Shown here one piece after another: positions 8,912 through 19,392 of a stretch of 64,000 nucleotides of DNA. The translations under genes were made by a program, and so were the position numbers. The stretch is from an uncultured Gemmatimonadales bacterium. Lineage in GTDB: Bacteria > Gemmatimonadota > Gemmatimonadetes > Longimicrobiales > RSA9. Under the pieces are notes generated by a model. It had not been told where the DNA came from. It saw only the letters and a list, made by a program, of their open reading frames with translations, and did not search any database. Position 1 is the first letter of the stretch. Each line of letters begins with the position of its first letter. The stretch covers positions 18,236 to 82,235 of the forward strand of contig CAWAYJ010000003.1 in the NCBI GenBank assembly GCA_963786235.1. The letters run 5' to 3'.

Positions 8912-8941
8912 ACGTATACGTATAGCCATGACACGTATACG
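8912..8941 (-). promoter_or_regulatory. candidate TA operator: two GTATAC-centred palindromes
   Basis: ACGTATACGT (perfect palindrome, 8912-8921) and ACGTATACGG (8932-8941), in an unusually AT-rich patch directly upstream of the antitoxin ATG. Confidence 0.45.
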
Positions 8942-9008
8942 GCACAAGACTGTAGGCAGTGCCAAAGGCGGGACGGACTCGGGGGAAGCGGCCGGCGCGC
9001 GCCGAGTT

Positions 9009-11837
9009 TCAGAAGTTCGCGGGCAGATCCCTTGCCTTCACGTTCCAGCCGCCGAGCCGAACGTGCGGCTCCTCGCCCTGCAGCCGGAACGCATCGACGT
9101 CCGCGACGACGGTCCGGCTCTCGCCCGGCAGTATGGTGAGGAAGTTGTCGCTCCAGAACGTGGGAAGGATCTCCTCGCCGTCCGCTCCCGCGGTCAGCAC
9201 CGGGTTCACGAAGAACGCCAGGTCGGGACCCGGATTCGCGAGCGTGAGCGTGACGCGCACCCGATCGCCGACGCGCTCGGCGCGGGCGGTGGCGGTCAGC
9301 TCGACGGGGTGCAGATCGTTCAGTGCCCGGAAATCGCCGCCCGGCGCCAGCCAGTAGAAGTTCTCCGACACGGTCTCGCCCGACGTCGCCTCGAGCCGGA
9401 ACCGCACGAACCGGAACGCGTTCGCGTCCCAGCCCGGCACCTCGTCCAGCCCGAGAATTCGCACGGACCGCTCCGCGTCCAGCGACACGCCGGCGCGCGT
9501 CGTGCCACCCAGGCGCTGTGATCGCAGGTCGTACAGATCGATGCGCAGCGTCATGTCGCGCAGCGGCCGGAACGTCGTGTTGACGCCGGTGACCTCGAAA
9601 GTCGTCGGATGCAGTTGCACGTGCACGGGCTCGGACGCGCGCTTCGCGAAGTAGTAGCCGGCGTTCGGGCGCAGGTACCAGTCGTAGACCTGCCACATGA
9701 CGCTCGGCCACGCGGAGTTGGTCTTCCAGAGGATGACGCCGGCGGTGCGCGAGAGGTCCTGCTTCGCGGCCTCGAAGATGGCGCGGTAGTTCTCGGCGTT
9801 GAGGACCTGCGCCTTCAGCGCGTACTCGCGCATCGTCCGCGGCTCGCCGTAGCGGTCGCGGATGGCGCGGTCGTACAGGCCGTACCGGCCGTTGCCCTCG
9901 GCGGCGTCGTGGTAGCCCCACGTGTCGGTCAGCGTGGCGACCGTCGTGTCGAGGTCGGGGATGAAGCGCTCGAGGCTGGCGAGCGGCGAGAGCGAGGGAA
10001 TGCCGACCTCGTCCTTGAAGAGCCAGTCCTTGCCGGAATCGGCACGCGCGAAGTAGTCGGCGGGCTCGACCCACCAGTAGGGGCCGCCGCTGTACGCGCC
10101 GGTCTCGTGGTCGTCCGGCCACGAGAGTCCCCACGACGTGTCGGGGTTGGCGTAGCCGGAGGTCGGCAGGAACGGCCGCGTGCCGTCGAGCTTGGCGGCG
10201 ATGGAGTCGCGGAGCACTTCGTACAGCTCGCGACGCGGGTAGCCCTCGTTGCCGGCGCTCCACGCCAGCAGGCTCGGGTGGTTGCGGAGCCGCTTCGCGG
10301 CGTCCACGGCGTTGGCGATGAAGACGTCGCCTTCGATCGGCCAGTCGCGGGTGCCCTTGTTCCAGGTGCCCTGGCAGTCGCCGGTGATCCAGAAGTCGTG
10401 CCAGACGAGGAGGCCGAGGCTGTCGGCGACCACGAAGAAGTCGTCGGGCGGCGTGACACCGCCGCCCCAGATGCGGACCATGTTGAAGTTGGCGTCGCGC
10501 GAGAGGCGGAGCTCGTCCTTGTAGCGCTGCCGGTCGCGCGCGAGCATCAGGTCCGGAACCCAGGCGCCACCGCGGACGTGGATTCGGCGGCCGTTCACGG
10601 TGAAGTTGCGCCGGGCCCAGCCATCGACGGTCGCGAACTCGCTGCCCACCTCGCGGATGCCGAACGCGAGCGACTCCCGGTCCGACACGGCGCCGTCGAT
10701 CGTAAAGCGCAGGTCGAGGTCGTAGAGCTCAGGAGCGCCGTAGCCGACGGGCCACCAGAGGGCCGGATTCTCGATCGTGAGCTGCCAGTAGTCGGCCGGG
10801 CTGAGCGTGACGACCGTATCGCGTCCCGCGGCCAGCGTGACCGGGCGCCGGAGATGGAGCGGGAGCCGGCCGTCCCGCCGGATCTCGGCCTCGAGGAAGC
10901 CGAACACCGGTGCACTCGAGGTGTTGAGCAGCTCGGCCGAAACGGTGAGTCGCGCCGATGTCGTATCCGGCAGCGGGAGGTCCGTCACGATGTGCGGGTA
11001 GCGCAGGTCGACGGGGCCGGTGAAGCTGAGGTACACGTCCTGCCAGATGCCCATGTTGCGGTCGCGCACGGCGGGGATCCAGTCCCAGCCAATGGACGAC
11101 TGCATGGTGACGTTCTTGCCGATGTCGCCGGTCTCTCCTCCGTTCAGGCCGAACGTGCCGAACACCTTCAGCTGCGGCTCGCCCGGCATGCCGGGCCAGT
11201 CGAGCGGATGGATGCGCACGGCCAGAACGTTCTTCCGGCCGGGCCGCACCGCGGCGGTGACGGGCAGCGTGAACGACCGGAACATGCCGACCATCTGCGA
11301 GGAGTCGGCCACGCGCACGCCGTTCAGCCAGACGTCGGCCCGGTAGTTGATTCCCGCGAAGTTGAGCCAGACCTGCGTTCCTTCGGGGAGCGCCGGCACG
11401 TCGAATTCGGTGCGATACCACCAGGGGCTCGACCACGGGTTGGCGTGGTCCGGCAGGTGGCTGAAGCGGGCGAGGTCGTACGTGCGGTTGAAGTCGTCGT
11501 TGGCGTCGGGGATCCGCATGTTGTTCATGCCGACGTACGGATCCGGGTAGATGCCGTTCGCGACCAGGCCGCGCAGCACGGTCGTCGGTACGCGCACCGG
11601 ATACCAGCCGCGCGGCGTAAACGCGCCGGTCGAGATCCGGGCGCCGTCGCTCTCGACCACAGCGGACGACTGCAGCAGGAAGTCGCGAAGGAAGAGCTTC
11701 GGCTCGACCTGCGCGGTGAGCGATGCCGCATGAAGCGCGAGGGCGATGGTGGCCGTGGCGGCCGCGAGACGGGCGGCGCGCGGCCCCGGCGCATGGCTCC
11801 CTCGAAGATCCCCTGACGCGTGCATGCGGTTCGCCAC
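9009..11837 (-). CDS. glycoside hydrolase family 2 (exo-beta-glucosaminidase / beta-mannosidase-like)
   Basis: 942 aa with a signal peptide. GH2-type motifs: NFAGINYRADVWLNG, FNMVRIWGGG, AWSAGNEG, VILWKTNSAWPS. Confidence 0.8.
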   Translation of the reverse strand: MANRMHASGDLRGSHAPGPRAARLAAATATIALALHAASLTAQVEPKLFLRDFLLQSSAVVESDGARISTGAFTPRGWYPVRVPTTVLRGLVANGIYPDPYVGMNNMRIPDANDDFNRTYDLARFSHLPDHANPWSSPWWYRTEFDVPALPEGTQVWLNFAGINYRADVWLNGVRVADSSQMVGMFRSFTLPVTAAVRPGRKNVLAVRIHPLDWPGMPGEPQLKVFGTFGLNGGETGDIGKNVTMQSSIGWDWIPAVRDRNMGIWQDVYLSFTGPVDLRYPHIVTDLPLPDTTSARLTVSAELLNTSSAPVFGFLEAEIRRDGRLPLHLRRPVTLAAGRDTVVTLSPADYWQLTIENPALWWPVGYGAPELYDLDLRFTIDGAVSDRESLAFGIREVGSEFATVDGWARRNFTVNGRRIHVRGGAWVPDLMLARDRQRYKDELRLSRDANFNMVRIWGGGVTPPDDFFVVADSLGLLVWHDFWITGDCQGTWNKGTRDWPIEGDVFIANAVDAAKRLRNHPSLLAWSAGNEGYPRRELYEVLRDSIAAKLDGTRPFLPTSGYANPDTSWGLSWPDDHETGAYSGGPYWWVEPADYFARADSGKDWLFKDEVGIPSLSPLASLERFIPDLDTTVATLTDTWGYHDAAEGNGRYGLYDRAIRDRYGEPRTMREYALKAQVLNAENYRAIFEAAKQDLSRTAGVILWKTNSAWPSVMWQVYDWYLRPNAGYYFAKRASEPVHVQLHPTTFEVTGVNTTFRPLRDMTLRIDLYDLRSQRLGGTTRAGVSLDAERSVRILGLDEVPGWDANAFRFVRFRLEATSGETVSENFYWLAPGGDFRALNDLHPVELTATARAERVGDRVRVTLTLANPGPDLAFFVNPVLTAGADGEEILPTFWSDNFLTILPGESRTVVADVDAFRLQGEEPHVRLGGWNVKARDLPANF

Positions 11838-11942
11838 CGATGTCCTGTTCGTCGATGCGGGTGTCGAACCGCTAATCTGGCCTGCGGCCTCGCCCCTACG
11901 CCACCACCGGACGAAGTGGGCGCGACCGCACCGCCATGTCCG

Positions 11943-14018
11943 TCAGGGCTGGATCCCACCTCCGCCCGCCGGCACCCTGTAGATCACAATGGTGCTCCCG
12001 GTCACCCGGCGGCTCCAATAGGCGAGTCGAGTTCCATCCGGGGACAGCATCTCGGAGCCGAACACACCGGCGTCCTCCGGCGTCAGTCTCACCGCAGCCG
12101 CGCCGGGCCGGACCGGGATGACGAAGATGCCATCGTCGTCCATTGATGCCGCACCACTCCCTTCGAAGATGAGGGCGTCGTCATCGGGCGACCACAACCC
12201 GAGCAGTGCCCCTCCCTTCATCCTCGTGTCAAGAACGAGGAGATCGCCCCGGGCGTGGAGCTGCTCGTCGAGATCGACTACCGCGAGCGTGTACTCCGGG
12301 TCGCCATCTTCTCGTTCGTATTCCAGCGCGATCCGGCGTCCGTTCCGGGACCAGGTCGGCCGGAAAAAGGTGCCGGCAACGCTCAGGATTTCCACCGTGC
12401 GGCCCGTCGCGACGTCGCTCACCAGAAGTGTCGAGCGTGTACCGGTTCCGTCGTCCGGGACGGAACGGACCCACGCGATCCTGTCTCCGAAGATGCCCAC
12501 GTCACCGGCTCTATGCGCCCGGTTGAGCGTGTCGACCAGCTCGCGCGGATAGGTCCAGAAGGGCTCGGGACCCTCCCCGGGTCGGAGGGTCGAGAGCTCG
12601 ATACGTCCGTTCCTGAATTCCGGGTAGATGAAGCGGCCGTCCAGCGCGCACTCGGATTTCAGCTGTGAGATTCCGCCGGATCCGGTGAGCGTCGCCGCCG
12701 GGTCGAGATCGAGAAGATCGGCGCTGGGGCCCGGGAAGCCCTGAACGCTTCCGGTCACCAGGTCGATGATCACCCTCGAGTATTTGCGCAGGTATCCTGT
12801 GTCGCCGGGGGCGGTGGGCGTGAAGCCGAGTACGTGGCGGCCATCGGGATGGACGCAGAAATCGAGACTCAGGATGCTCCGCAGGCGCTCGGACACCTCC
12901 TCCACGGTCCCGTTCCGAGGATCCACGATCAGCGCCCTCCCTGCACCCGGGGTGGACGAGGCCGCCCCGAGAAACACGCGGTCGCCGATCCACGCGATCG
13001 GGTCGAGGCCCCGAGGGTCCCTTAATAGGGTCGTCGGCGGGCCGCCGCTCAGCGGGACCACGTTGATGGAGGATTCCGCCACCGCTCTGGTAGCCAGGAT
13101 GGACGAGCCGTCGAACGAGAAGCTGAAAGAGGCGCCGGGCGATCCCGCCGGTATGGTGAAATTCGCGAGGACGGTGCCACGGGAGTCCGTGATCTGGTAC
13201 CCGCTTCCCCACGGTGTTTCGGGCGATCTGGCTACGTACCACAGAAGTCTCCGGCCATCTCCGCTGAAGTCCCCGAGCCTCCGCCCGGGCAGGGGGGGGA
13301 ACACAAGCTCGGGCTCTCCACCCGCCAGCGCGACCCTTCGCCCACCGACCTCGAGCCGGTAGGGGCCGGGGTTAGGCTGGTTCCACAGCACGAACCGGCT
13401 GTCCTCGGACCATCCCGGCCCGCGGAGTCCTCCCCTCGTTCGTGCCAGCTCCCTGGATGCTCCGCCGCTGGCGGGGATGACCTTGATCGAGTTTTCCGGA
13501 TATTCACTGACGAAATACGCCACCCACTGTCCATCCGGCGAGGGCACGATGCCGCCAAGCAGCCCCCCGAGGTAGGGCCGGAACGCCTCCATGGAGAGAG
13601 GGCGCGGCAGCCCGGCCGCCTGCCCCGTCGCGGGATCGAACGGCACCCGCATGAGGTTGACTGCGCCGTTCTTCCCGTCACTCACCCGGTCCGAGAAGAA
13701 GTAGAGGTAGCGGCCATCCGGCGCCCACGCCGGCCAGGTATCGGTGAAGGCGCCGCGCGTCACCTCGATCGGATCGCCACCGGGTGCGCCATCTGCCGCG
13801 ACCACGTAGAGAGACGTGCGATCCGGTGCGGGTTGGCCGGCGAACGCGATCCACCGGCCGTCCGGCGAGAGGGCCGGACCCGTGATCTCCATCGCCGTCG
13901 ATGTGAAGACTTCCTGCGGTTCGACCTGGGGCACGACCTGGGCCCCGGATCCTGCCACGGCGAGGATAACGAATGTGAAGGCTGCGCTCAGCGCACGATT
14001 CCAGGTGCGGACGGACAT
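11943..14018 (-). CDS. secreted TolB-like / PD40 (WD40-like) beta-propeller repeat protein
   Basis: Repeated SPDG..iAf motifs (SPDGRWIAFAG, APDGRYLYFFSDR, SPDGQWVAYF, SPDGTRLAYW). The start was chosen at MSVRTWNRALSAAFTFVILAVAGSGAQ. Confidence 0.75.
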   Translation of the reverse strand: MSVRTWNRALSAAFTFVILAVAGSGAQVVPQVEPQEVFTSTAMEITGPALSPDGRWIAFAGQPAPDRTSLYVVAADGAPGGDPIEVTRGAFTDTWPAWAPDGRYLYFFSDRVSDGKNGAVNLMRVPFDPATGQAAGLPRPLSMEAFRPYLGGLLGGIVPSPDGQWVAYFVSEYPENSIKVIPASGGASRELARTRGGLRGPGWSEDSRFVLWNQPNPGPYRLEVGGRRVALAGGEPELVFPPLPGRRLGDFSGDGRRLLWYVARSPETPWGSGYQITDSRGTVLANFTIPAGSPGASFSFSFDGSSILATRAVAESSINVVPLSGGPPTTLLRDPRGLDPIAWIGDRVFLGAASSTPGAGRALIVDPRNGTVEEVSERLRSILSLDFCVHPDGRHVLGFTPTAPGDTGYLRKYSRVIIDLVTGSVQGFPGPSADLLDLDPAATLTGSGGISQLKSECALDGRFIYPEFRNGRIELSTLRPGEGPEPFWTYPRELVDTLNRAHRAGDVGIFGDRIAWVRSVPDDGTGTRSTLLVSDVATGRTVEILSVAGTFFRPTWSRNGRRIALEYEREDGDPEYTLAVVDLDEQLHARGDLLVLDTRMKGGALLGLWSPDDDALIFEGSGAASMDDDGIFVIPVRPGAAAVRLTPEDAGVFGSEMLSPDGTRLAYWSRRVTGSTIVIYRVPAGGGGIQP

Positions 14019-14324
14019 CGGACCTCCCATTGCCGGTGTGGCGCAAGCTGCCGGGGACGATTCGGGACACGAAGCGTGCCAGTGCGAAGCTGCGCCGCGC
14101 GACGTTCGCTGAAAGCCGGGGTCCGGGAGGAGAAACGTCCGTTGGCGAGTCCCGACGAGAAACCGGCCGGTCGGGCCGGGGGCCATGCGGCGGCAACGGA
14201 ACAATGCCGCCACCGGCATTGGAACGATGCCACCCACCGCAACGCGCGTGGCCGATCACCGAGGAACAGGCCAGGAGGAGGAACAGGCCAGGAGCAGAAT
14301 CCCGGGCGTCCGCGCCCGCTCACG

Positions 14325-15764
14325 TCAGCTCGATTCGCTTTCCCGGTGCGGGTCCTCCGAAACCGGGACCGTCAGTCGGTGCCGCTCGATGATGCGATCG
14401 AGCCGCGGGCGGGTGATCTTCAGCGCCCGGGCCGTTCTTCTCTTGTTCCCGCCGCACCGCTCGAGGACGGCGCGAACGTGACGCGCCTCGGCGGCCGCCA
14501 GCGAATCGCCCTCCGCTTCGGAGGCGGTGGCCGCCGACGCGTTCGGTTCGCCGTCGGCGCTGTCAGGAGACGCGACTCCGATTTCGTCGAGCGCGACGTC
14601 GCCCGGGCGGATGACGCCGCCCCGCGCGAGCACGACCGCTCTCGTGAGAACGTTCTCCAGCTCGCGGACGTTGCCCGGCCAGGGATATTCCCGGAACGCC
14701 GCCATGACCTCGTCGGAAACGACGGCCACGGGCTGGTGGTGCCGCCGCGAGATGCGGCCGAGGAAGTGGTCGACCAGGAGCGGAATGTCCGAGGGCCGCT
14801 CGCGGAGCGGAGGCACCGTCAACTCGACGACCCTGAGCCGGAAGTACAGGTCCTCGCGGAACTCGCCGGCTTCGATCCGCCGTTCCAGCGGGCGGTGCGT
14901 GGCCGCCATGATGCGCGCGTCCGTTCGCAGCACGCGCTCGCTGCCGACGGGGTGGAACTCGCCGCCCTCGAGGACCCTGAGCAGCTTGGCCTGGAAGTCC
15001 GGCGACGTGTCTCCGATCTCGTCGAGGAACACCGTCCCTCTGCCGGCCAGCTGGAAGATGCCCCTCCGGCTTGAGACCGCACCCGTGAACGCGCCGCGCA
15101 CGTGGCCGAAGAGCTCGGACTCAAGCAGCGACTCGGAGAGCGCTGTGCAGTTGACCGCGAGAAAGGGCTCCCCGGCGGCCGGCGATTCGAAGTGGATCGC
15201 CCGCGCGACCCGCTCCTTGCCCGTCCCCGTCTCGCCGCGCACGAGGACCGTGGCGCGATTCCCGGCCAGCACGCCGATGAGCTTGTAGATGTCGATCATG
15301 GACGGGGCGCGCCCGATCAGCGCGTCCAGGCCCTCGTCCTGCGCGGATCTCTCGCGCTCGCGCTGGGCGCGAGCGAAGACGGCGCGGTCCCGGATCGCCC
15401 GGTCGAGCAGCACTTCGAGCGCATCCAGGTCGACCGGCTTGACCAGGAAATCGAGGGCCCCCTCCTTCATGGCCGTGACCGCGCTCTTCATGTCCTCGTG
15501 CGCGGTCATGACGAGGACCATGACATTGGGATCGTGGAGGCGGAGCCGCTTCAGGAGATCGAGCCCGCTGATTCCGTCCATCCGCACATCGGTGACCACG
15601 ACATCGGGCCCGAACTCGTCGAAGGCGGTCAGGGCCGTCTCTCCGCTTTCGGCCGTTCGGACGTCGAAGCCGCTCTGCGAGAGGTTCAGCTGGAAGATCT
15701 CCCGGATGGACGGCTCATCATCGGCGACGAGAATCCGTCCCCTCGTTTCACGCTCCCGCTTCAT
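14325..15764 (-). CDS. sigma-54-dependent response regulator (NtrC family)
   Basis: Receiver domain (ILVADDEPSIREIF...VVTDVRMDG), AAA+ domain (GETGTGKERVARAIH, GAFTGA, ESELFGH) and a C-terminal Fis-type HTH. Confidence 0.92.
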   Translation of the reverse strand: MKRERETRGRILVADDEPSIREIFQLNLSQSGFDVRTAESGETALTAFDEFGPDVVVTDVRMDGISGLDLLKRLRLHDPNVMVLVMTAHEDMKSAVTAMKEGALDFLVKPVDLDALEVLLDRAIRDRAVFARAQRERERSAQDEGLDALIGRAPSMIDIYKLIGVLAGNRATVLVRGETGTGKERVARAIHFESPAAGEPFLAVNCTALSESLLESELFGHVRGAFTGAVSSRRGIFQLAGRGTVFLDEIGDTSPDFQAKLLRVLEGGEFHPVGSERVLRTDARIMAATHRPLERRIEAGEFREDLYFRLRVVELTVPPLRERPSDIPLLVDHFLGRISRRHHQPVAVVSDEVMAAFREYPWPGNVRELENVLTRAVVLARGGVIRPGDVALDEIGVASPDSADGEPNASAATASEAEGDSLAAAEARHVRAVLERCGGNKRRTARALKITRPRLDRIIERHRLTVPVSEDPHRESESS

Positions 15765-17536
15765 GGATCGGGATCTCCAGTACGAAATGGGCGCCGGCGC
15801 CGGGTTCCGCCGGCAGCAGCCGGATCGTTCCGCCGTTCGCCTCCGCTGTCTGCAGCGCGAGGGGGAGACCGAATCCGTTCCCCCGTGCTCTGGTGGTCAC
15901 GAACGGATCGAAGATCCGCGGCGCGAGCTCCTCTGCAACACCCGGACCTCCGTCCACGATGTGGATGCGGACCACGTCGCCTCCACCTGCTCCGGTCCGG
16001 TCCGCTGCGGAAACGACGACCTCCACGTTCACGAGGATCTCGCCGCCGCCGGGCATGGCCTCGGCGGCGTTTCGGAGAAGGTTGAGGAGTGCGCCGCGAA
16101 GCGCTTCCTCGTCCACGAGCACGAGCGCGTCGCCATTGGCGGCCACGAGCCGCGTGTCGACTCCACGTTCCGCGAGCTCGCCTGCGATCGAGTCGATGGC
16201 TCCCTGCACGAGCGTGGCCGCCGGAACCGGAACGGGGGGCCGCGACGGCTTGCGCCCCAGGCCGAGGACCCCGGTGGCCACGCGGTCCAGGCGCTCCGTT
16301 TCCTGGAGCGCGATTTCCAGCGACCGGGCGTGCTCCGTGTCCGCGAGCCGGCGCTGGAGTCCCTGCAGGCTCATGTGGATCGCGGTGAGCGGATTGCGGA
16401 TCTCGTGCGCGATCTGCGCGGAGAACTGGCCGACGGCGGCCAGCTGGCGGCTCTCTTCGACCTGTACGAGCATCGCCCGGATCCGGCTCAGCATCAGGCG
16501 GAACGTGTCGGCGAGCGTGCCCGCCTCATCGCGCCCGGCGGGCGGGAGCTCCGGCGACAGGTCGCCATCGGCGACGCGGGCGGCCGCGGCGGTGAGCTTC
16601 ACGAGGGAGTCGGTGGTGCGAAGCGTCGTCAGGAGGAAGACGGCCGATGCCAGCAGCGTGATGGCCAGAACGAGGATGAGATTGGTGCGCGCCGCGCTGT
16701 GGAACGGTCGGGAGAAGCCGTCGAGGGGCGAGCTGCTCACCACTTCCAGCGTGCTGTGCGCGACGGGCACGATCAATGCCATCCATGCGCGGCCATCGCG
16801 AGCGTAGCGGAAGCTGTCTCCGCCTCCGTCGCGTCCGGGGTCCCGTCGACTGGCCGAGCGTCCCGGGGCGGGCCGGTCCGGAAGGGGCGCGGCCGTCGCT
16901 CCGGAAAGGAACGGCCCCTCCGGGTGAAAGAGGACCCTTCCGTCTTCCCGGTCCCGCACGGCGACGAAGCCACCTTCTCCGAAGCTCTCCGTCGAGAGGT
17001 TGTCCGGCAGCATCGCGGCCGGGCTGACGGCTCGCGCGCACCGTTCCGATGACCTCTCCGTCGCCGGGGCTCCGGACCGCTTCGGTGATGACGACGGGAG
17101 CCGATGCCCAGGCCCCGATGCCCGAGGCGTTTCCACTTCCGACGGCGGCACCCGCTCCGGTCGGACCCAGATCGAGGATCGTTTCGCCGTCCGGGTCCTC
17201 GAACCGCACCCACTGGAAGCGACCGGCCAGTGCGTCCCAGCTCCAGGAGAGGAAACCCGCCGGTCCTTCGGGGGCGGACGCGAAGGCCGGGAGCGTATTC
17301 CGGCCGAACAGCGCCAGCGTCTCGGTATTCTCCGCAAGGAACAGAAGCTCCGAGACTCTGGCGTCGTGCAGGATCTCGATTTCCTCCGCCACGCGCCGAG
17401 CGACCTGCAACGTCCCTCCCGCTACCAGGTCCTCGACCGCATTAATGTTGCGGTGATTCGTGATCCAGCCCACGGCGATGAGGGGAATGGCACCCAGGAC
17501 GACGAACGCGATCAGGAGTCTCGTCCGCAGCGTCAT
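15748..17536 (-). pseudogene. sensor histidine kinase, split by one apparent frameshift near 17030
   Basis: The N-terminal TM plus sensor is in frame with 17536 up to ...EVIGTVRA. The second TM, HAMP, HisKA (AQIAHEIRNPL) and HATPase (N and G boxes) are in frame with 17337, starting at ...AVSPAAMLPDN. The junction lies in GTGCGCGCGAGCCGTCAGC. Confidence 0.75.
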
Positions 17537-17551
17537 GCAGCCTCCCCTCGC

Positions 17552-19279
17552 CTACATCTCCCGCTGGTACTTCACCACCCCGCCGATGATCGTCAGGTCC
17601 ACCTTCGTGTCCGGAATCTCGGCATCCGGGACGGTCAGGATGTCACGGTCGAGCACGGTGAAGTCGGCGTACTTGCCGGGCGTGATCGAGCCCTTCACGT
17701 CCTCCTCGAACGCGGCGTAGGCGCCGTTCAGCGTGTACGAGCGGAGCGCCTCCTCCCGCGTCATCTTCTGCGCCGGGTAGAAGGGCGTGCCGTCCGGCAT
17801 CATGCGCGTCACACTGGCGTAGTAGCTCGCGATCGGACGGATCTGCTCGACGGGCACGTCGGTCCCGTTCGAGATGATCGCGCCGCTGTCGATCAGGTCG
17901 CGCCACATGTACGCGCCCGACTCCGCGCGCTCCGGGCCCAGCCGCTTCAGTACCCACGGCCCGTCGGACGTGCAGTGGATCCCCTGCATCGCGGCGATCA
18001 CGCCGAGCTGGGCGAAGCGCGGGATGTCCTGCGGGCTCAGGTGCTGCGCGTGCTCGATCCGCCAGCGCCGGTCCTGCCCGCCCGTGCCCTCGTTGAAGAT
18101 CTTCTCGTAGATGTCGAGCACCTCGCGGTTGGCGCGGTCGCCGATCGCGTGGATGTTCATGCCGAAGTTGTGCGCGTACGCGATGCGCGCGATCTGCTCG
18201 ATCCGCTCGACCGGCGTGGTCTCGAGGCCGGAGCTCTCCGGCAGGTCCAGGTACGGCTCGAGCAGCCACGCGCCGTGCGGGCCGAGCGCGCCGTCGATCG
18301 ACTGCTTGATGCTCTGCACGGTCAGGTAGTCGTTGCCCTCATCCACCATGCGGTACTCGTCGAGGTGCGCCTCCAGATTCTCCGGCGACTCGTTCCGCAC
18401 CATCACGTAGAGCCGGACCGGCAGCTCGTTCCGGTCCTCCAGCGACTTCAGGAAGTCGATCGTCGCGAAGTTGGAACCGGCATCCGTGAAGCTGGTCACG
18501 CCGTTCTCCAGCGCTTCCTGCCCCGCGAGATCCACCTGCCGCTTCTGCTCCGAGTAGGTCTCCTCCGCAGAGCGCTGCTCCGATCCGCGACCCCGTCGTC
18601 GGACCAGCCCCTGCGCCGTCTCGCGCAGCAGCCCGGTCGGATTCCCGCTCGCGTCGCGCACGATCTCGCCGCCGTTCGGGTTCCGCGTCCGCGCGTTCAC
18701 GCCCGCCGCCGCCAGCGCCGCGCCGTTCACGAACGAGGCGTGCCCGCTCGCGTGCGTCAGCACCACGGGATTGTCGGGCGACACGCTGTCGAGCGCGGCG
18801 TGGAGCGGCACGCCCTCGACGTTGGGTTCGGGCACTTTGTCCCACTTCTCCTGGTGCCAGCCGCGGCCGAAGATCCAGTCGCCGGGCTTGGCGGAGGCGA
18901 CGGCGTCGCGGACCATGGCGACAATGTCATCGAAGTTCTTCGCGGTGGTGAGGTCGAGGATCATCTTCGACTGGCCCAGGCTCATGTAGTGGCCATGGCT
19001 TTCGATGAAGCCGGGGATCATGAGCCGGCCGGCGAGGTCGACGACCTCGGTCTCGGGTCCGATGTAGCGGTCGATCTCGTCGTTGCTGCCGACGGCGAGG
19101 ATCTGGTAGCCGCGGACGGCGACGGCCTCCGCGCGAGGCACGGAGTCGTCGACGGTGACGACGTTGCCGTTGTGGAGGACCATGTCGGCGGGCTCGACCG
19201 GCGGCGCGCTCTCGCAGGCGGCGAGCGCGGCGAGCAGGGCCAGGGCCGAGAAAGCGGAACGGTGGGCGATGGTGCGCAT
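17552..19279 (-). CDS. amidohydrolase family (Amidohydro_3) lipoprotein
   Basis: 575 aa. Lipobox LAALAAC, GFIESHGH metal motif, TIM-barrel hydrolase-like C-terminal motifs. Confidence 0.8.
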   Translation of the reverse strand: MRTIAHRSAFSALALLAALAACESAPPVEPADMVLHNGNVVTVDDSVPRAEAVAVRGYQILAVGSNDEIDRYIGPETEVVDLAGRLMIPGFIESHGHYMSLGQSKMILDLTTAKNFDDIVAMVRDAVASAKPGDWIFGRGWHQEKWDKVPEPNVEGVPLHAALDSVSPDNPVVLTHASGHASFVNGAALAAAGVNARTRNPNGGEIVRDASGNPTGLLRETAQGLVRRRGRGSEQRSAEETYSEQKRQVDLAGQEALENGVTSFTDAGSNFATIDFLKSLEDRNELPVRLYVMVRNESPENLEAHLDEYRMVDEGNDYLTVQSIKQSIDGALGPHGAWLLEPYLDLPESSGLETTPVERIEQIARIAYAHNFGMNIHAIGDRANREVLDIYEKIFNEGTGGQDRRWRIEHAQHLSPQDIPRFAQLGVIAAMQGIHCTSDGPWVLKRLGPERAESGAYMWRDLIDSGAIISNGTDVPVEQIRPIASYYASVTRMMPDGTPFYPAQKMTREEALRSYTLNGAYAAFEEDVKGSITPGKYADFTVLDRDILTVPDAEIPDTKVDLTIIGGVVKYQREM

Positions 19280-19392
19280 GGCGGATCCGTGGTTCGGGTA
19301 AGGCGAGACGACGGAAGTTGGGACGGCGCCGGGCCCTGCGCCAGAGTTGCGGAACCCTTGCCGCCGGCGTCTCGCCAGCGCACCCTAAGGGG

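Noticed and set aside
11855-11915. A tRNA-like T-arm (GCGGTTCGACACCCGC on the minus strand).
   Set aside because: No cloverleaf can be built: there is no acceptor-stem pairing, D-arm or anticodon arm. It lies in the short GH2 leader/promoter region and is most likely coincidental.
14065-14082. A possible sigma-54 promoter, CTGGCACGCTTCGTGTCC (minus strand), about 50 nt upstream of the TolB-like gene start.
   Set aside because: The -24 TGGCACG is good. The -12 position reads GT instead of the near-invariant GC (GG-N10-GT). That is too weak without a matrix score or transcript data.
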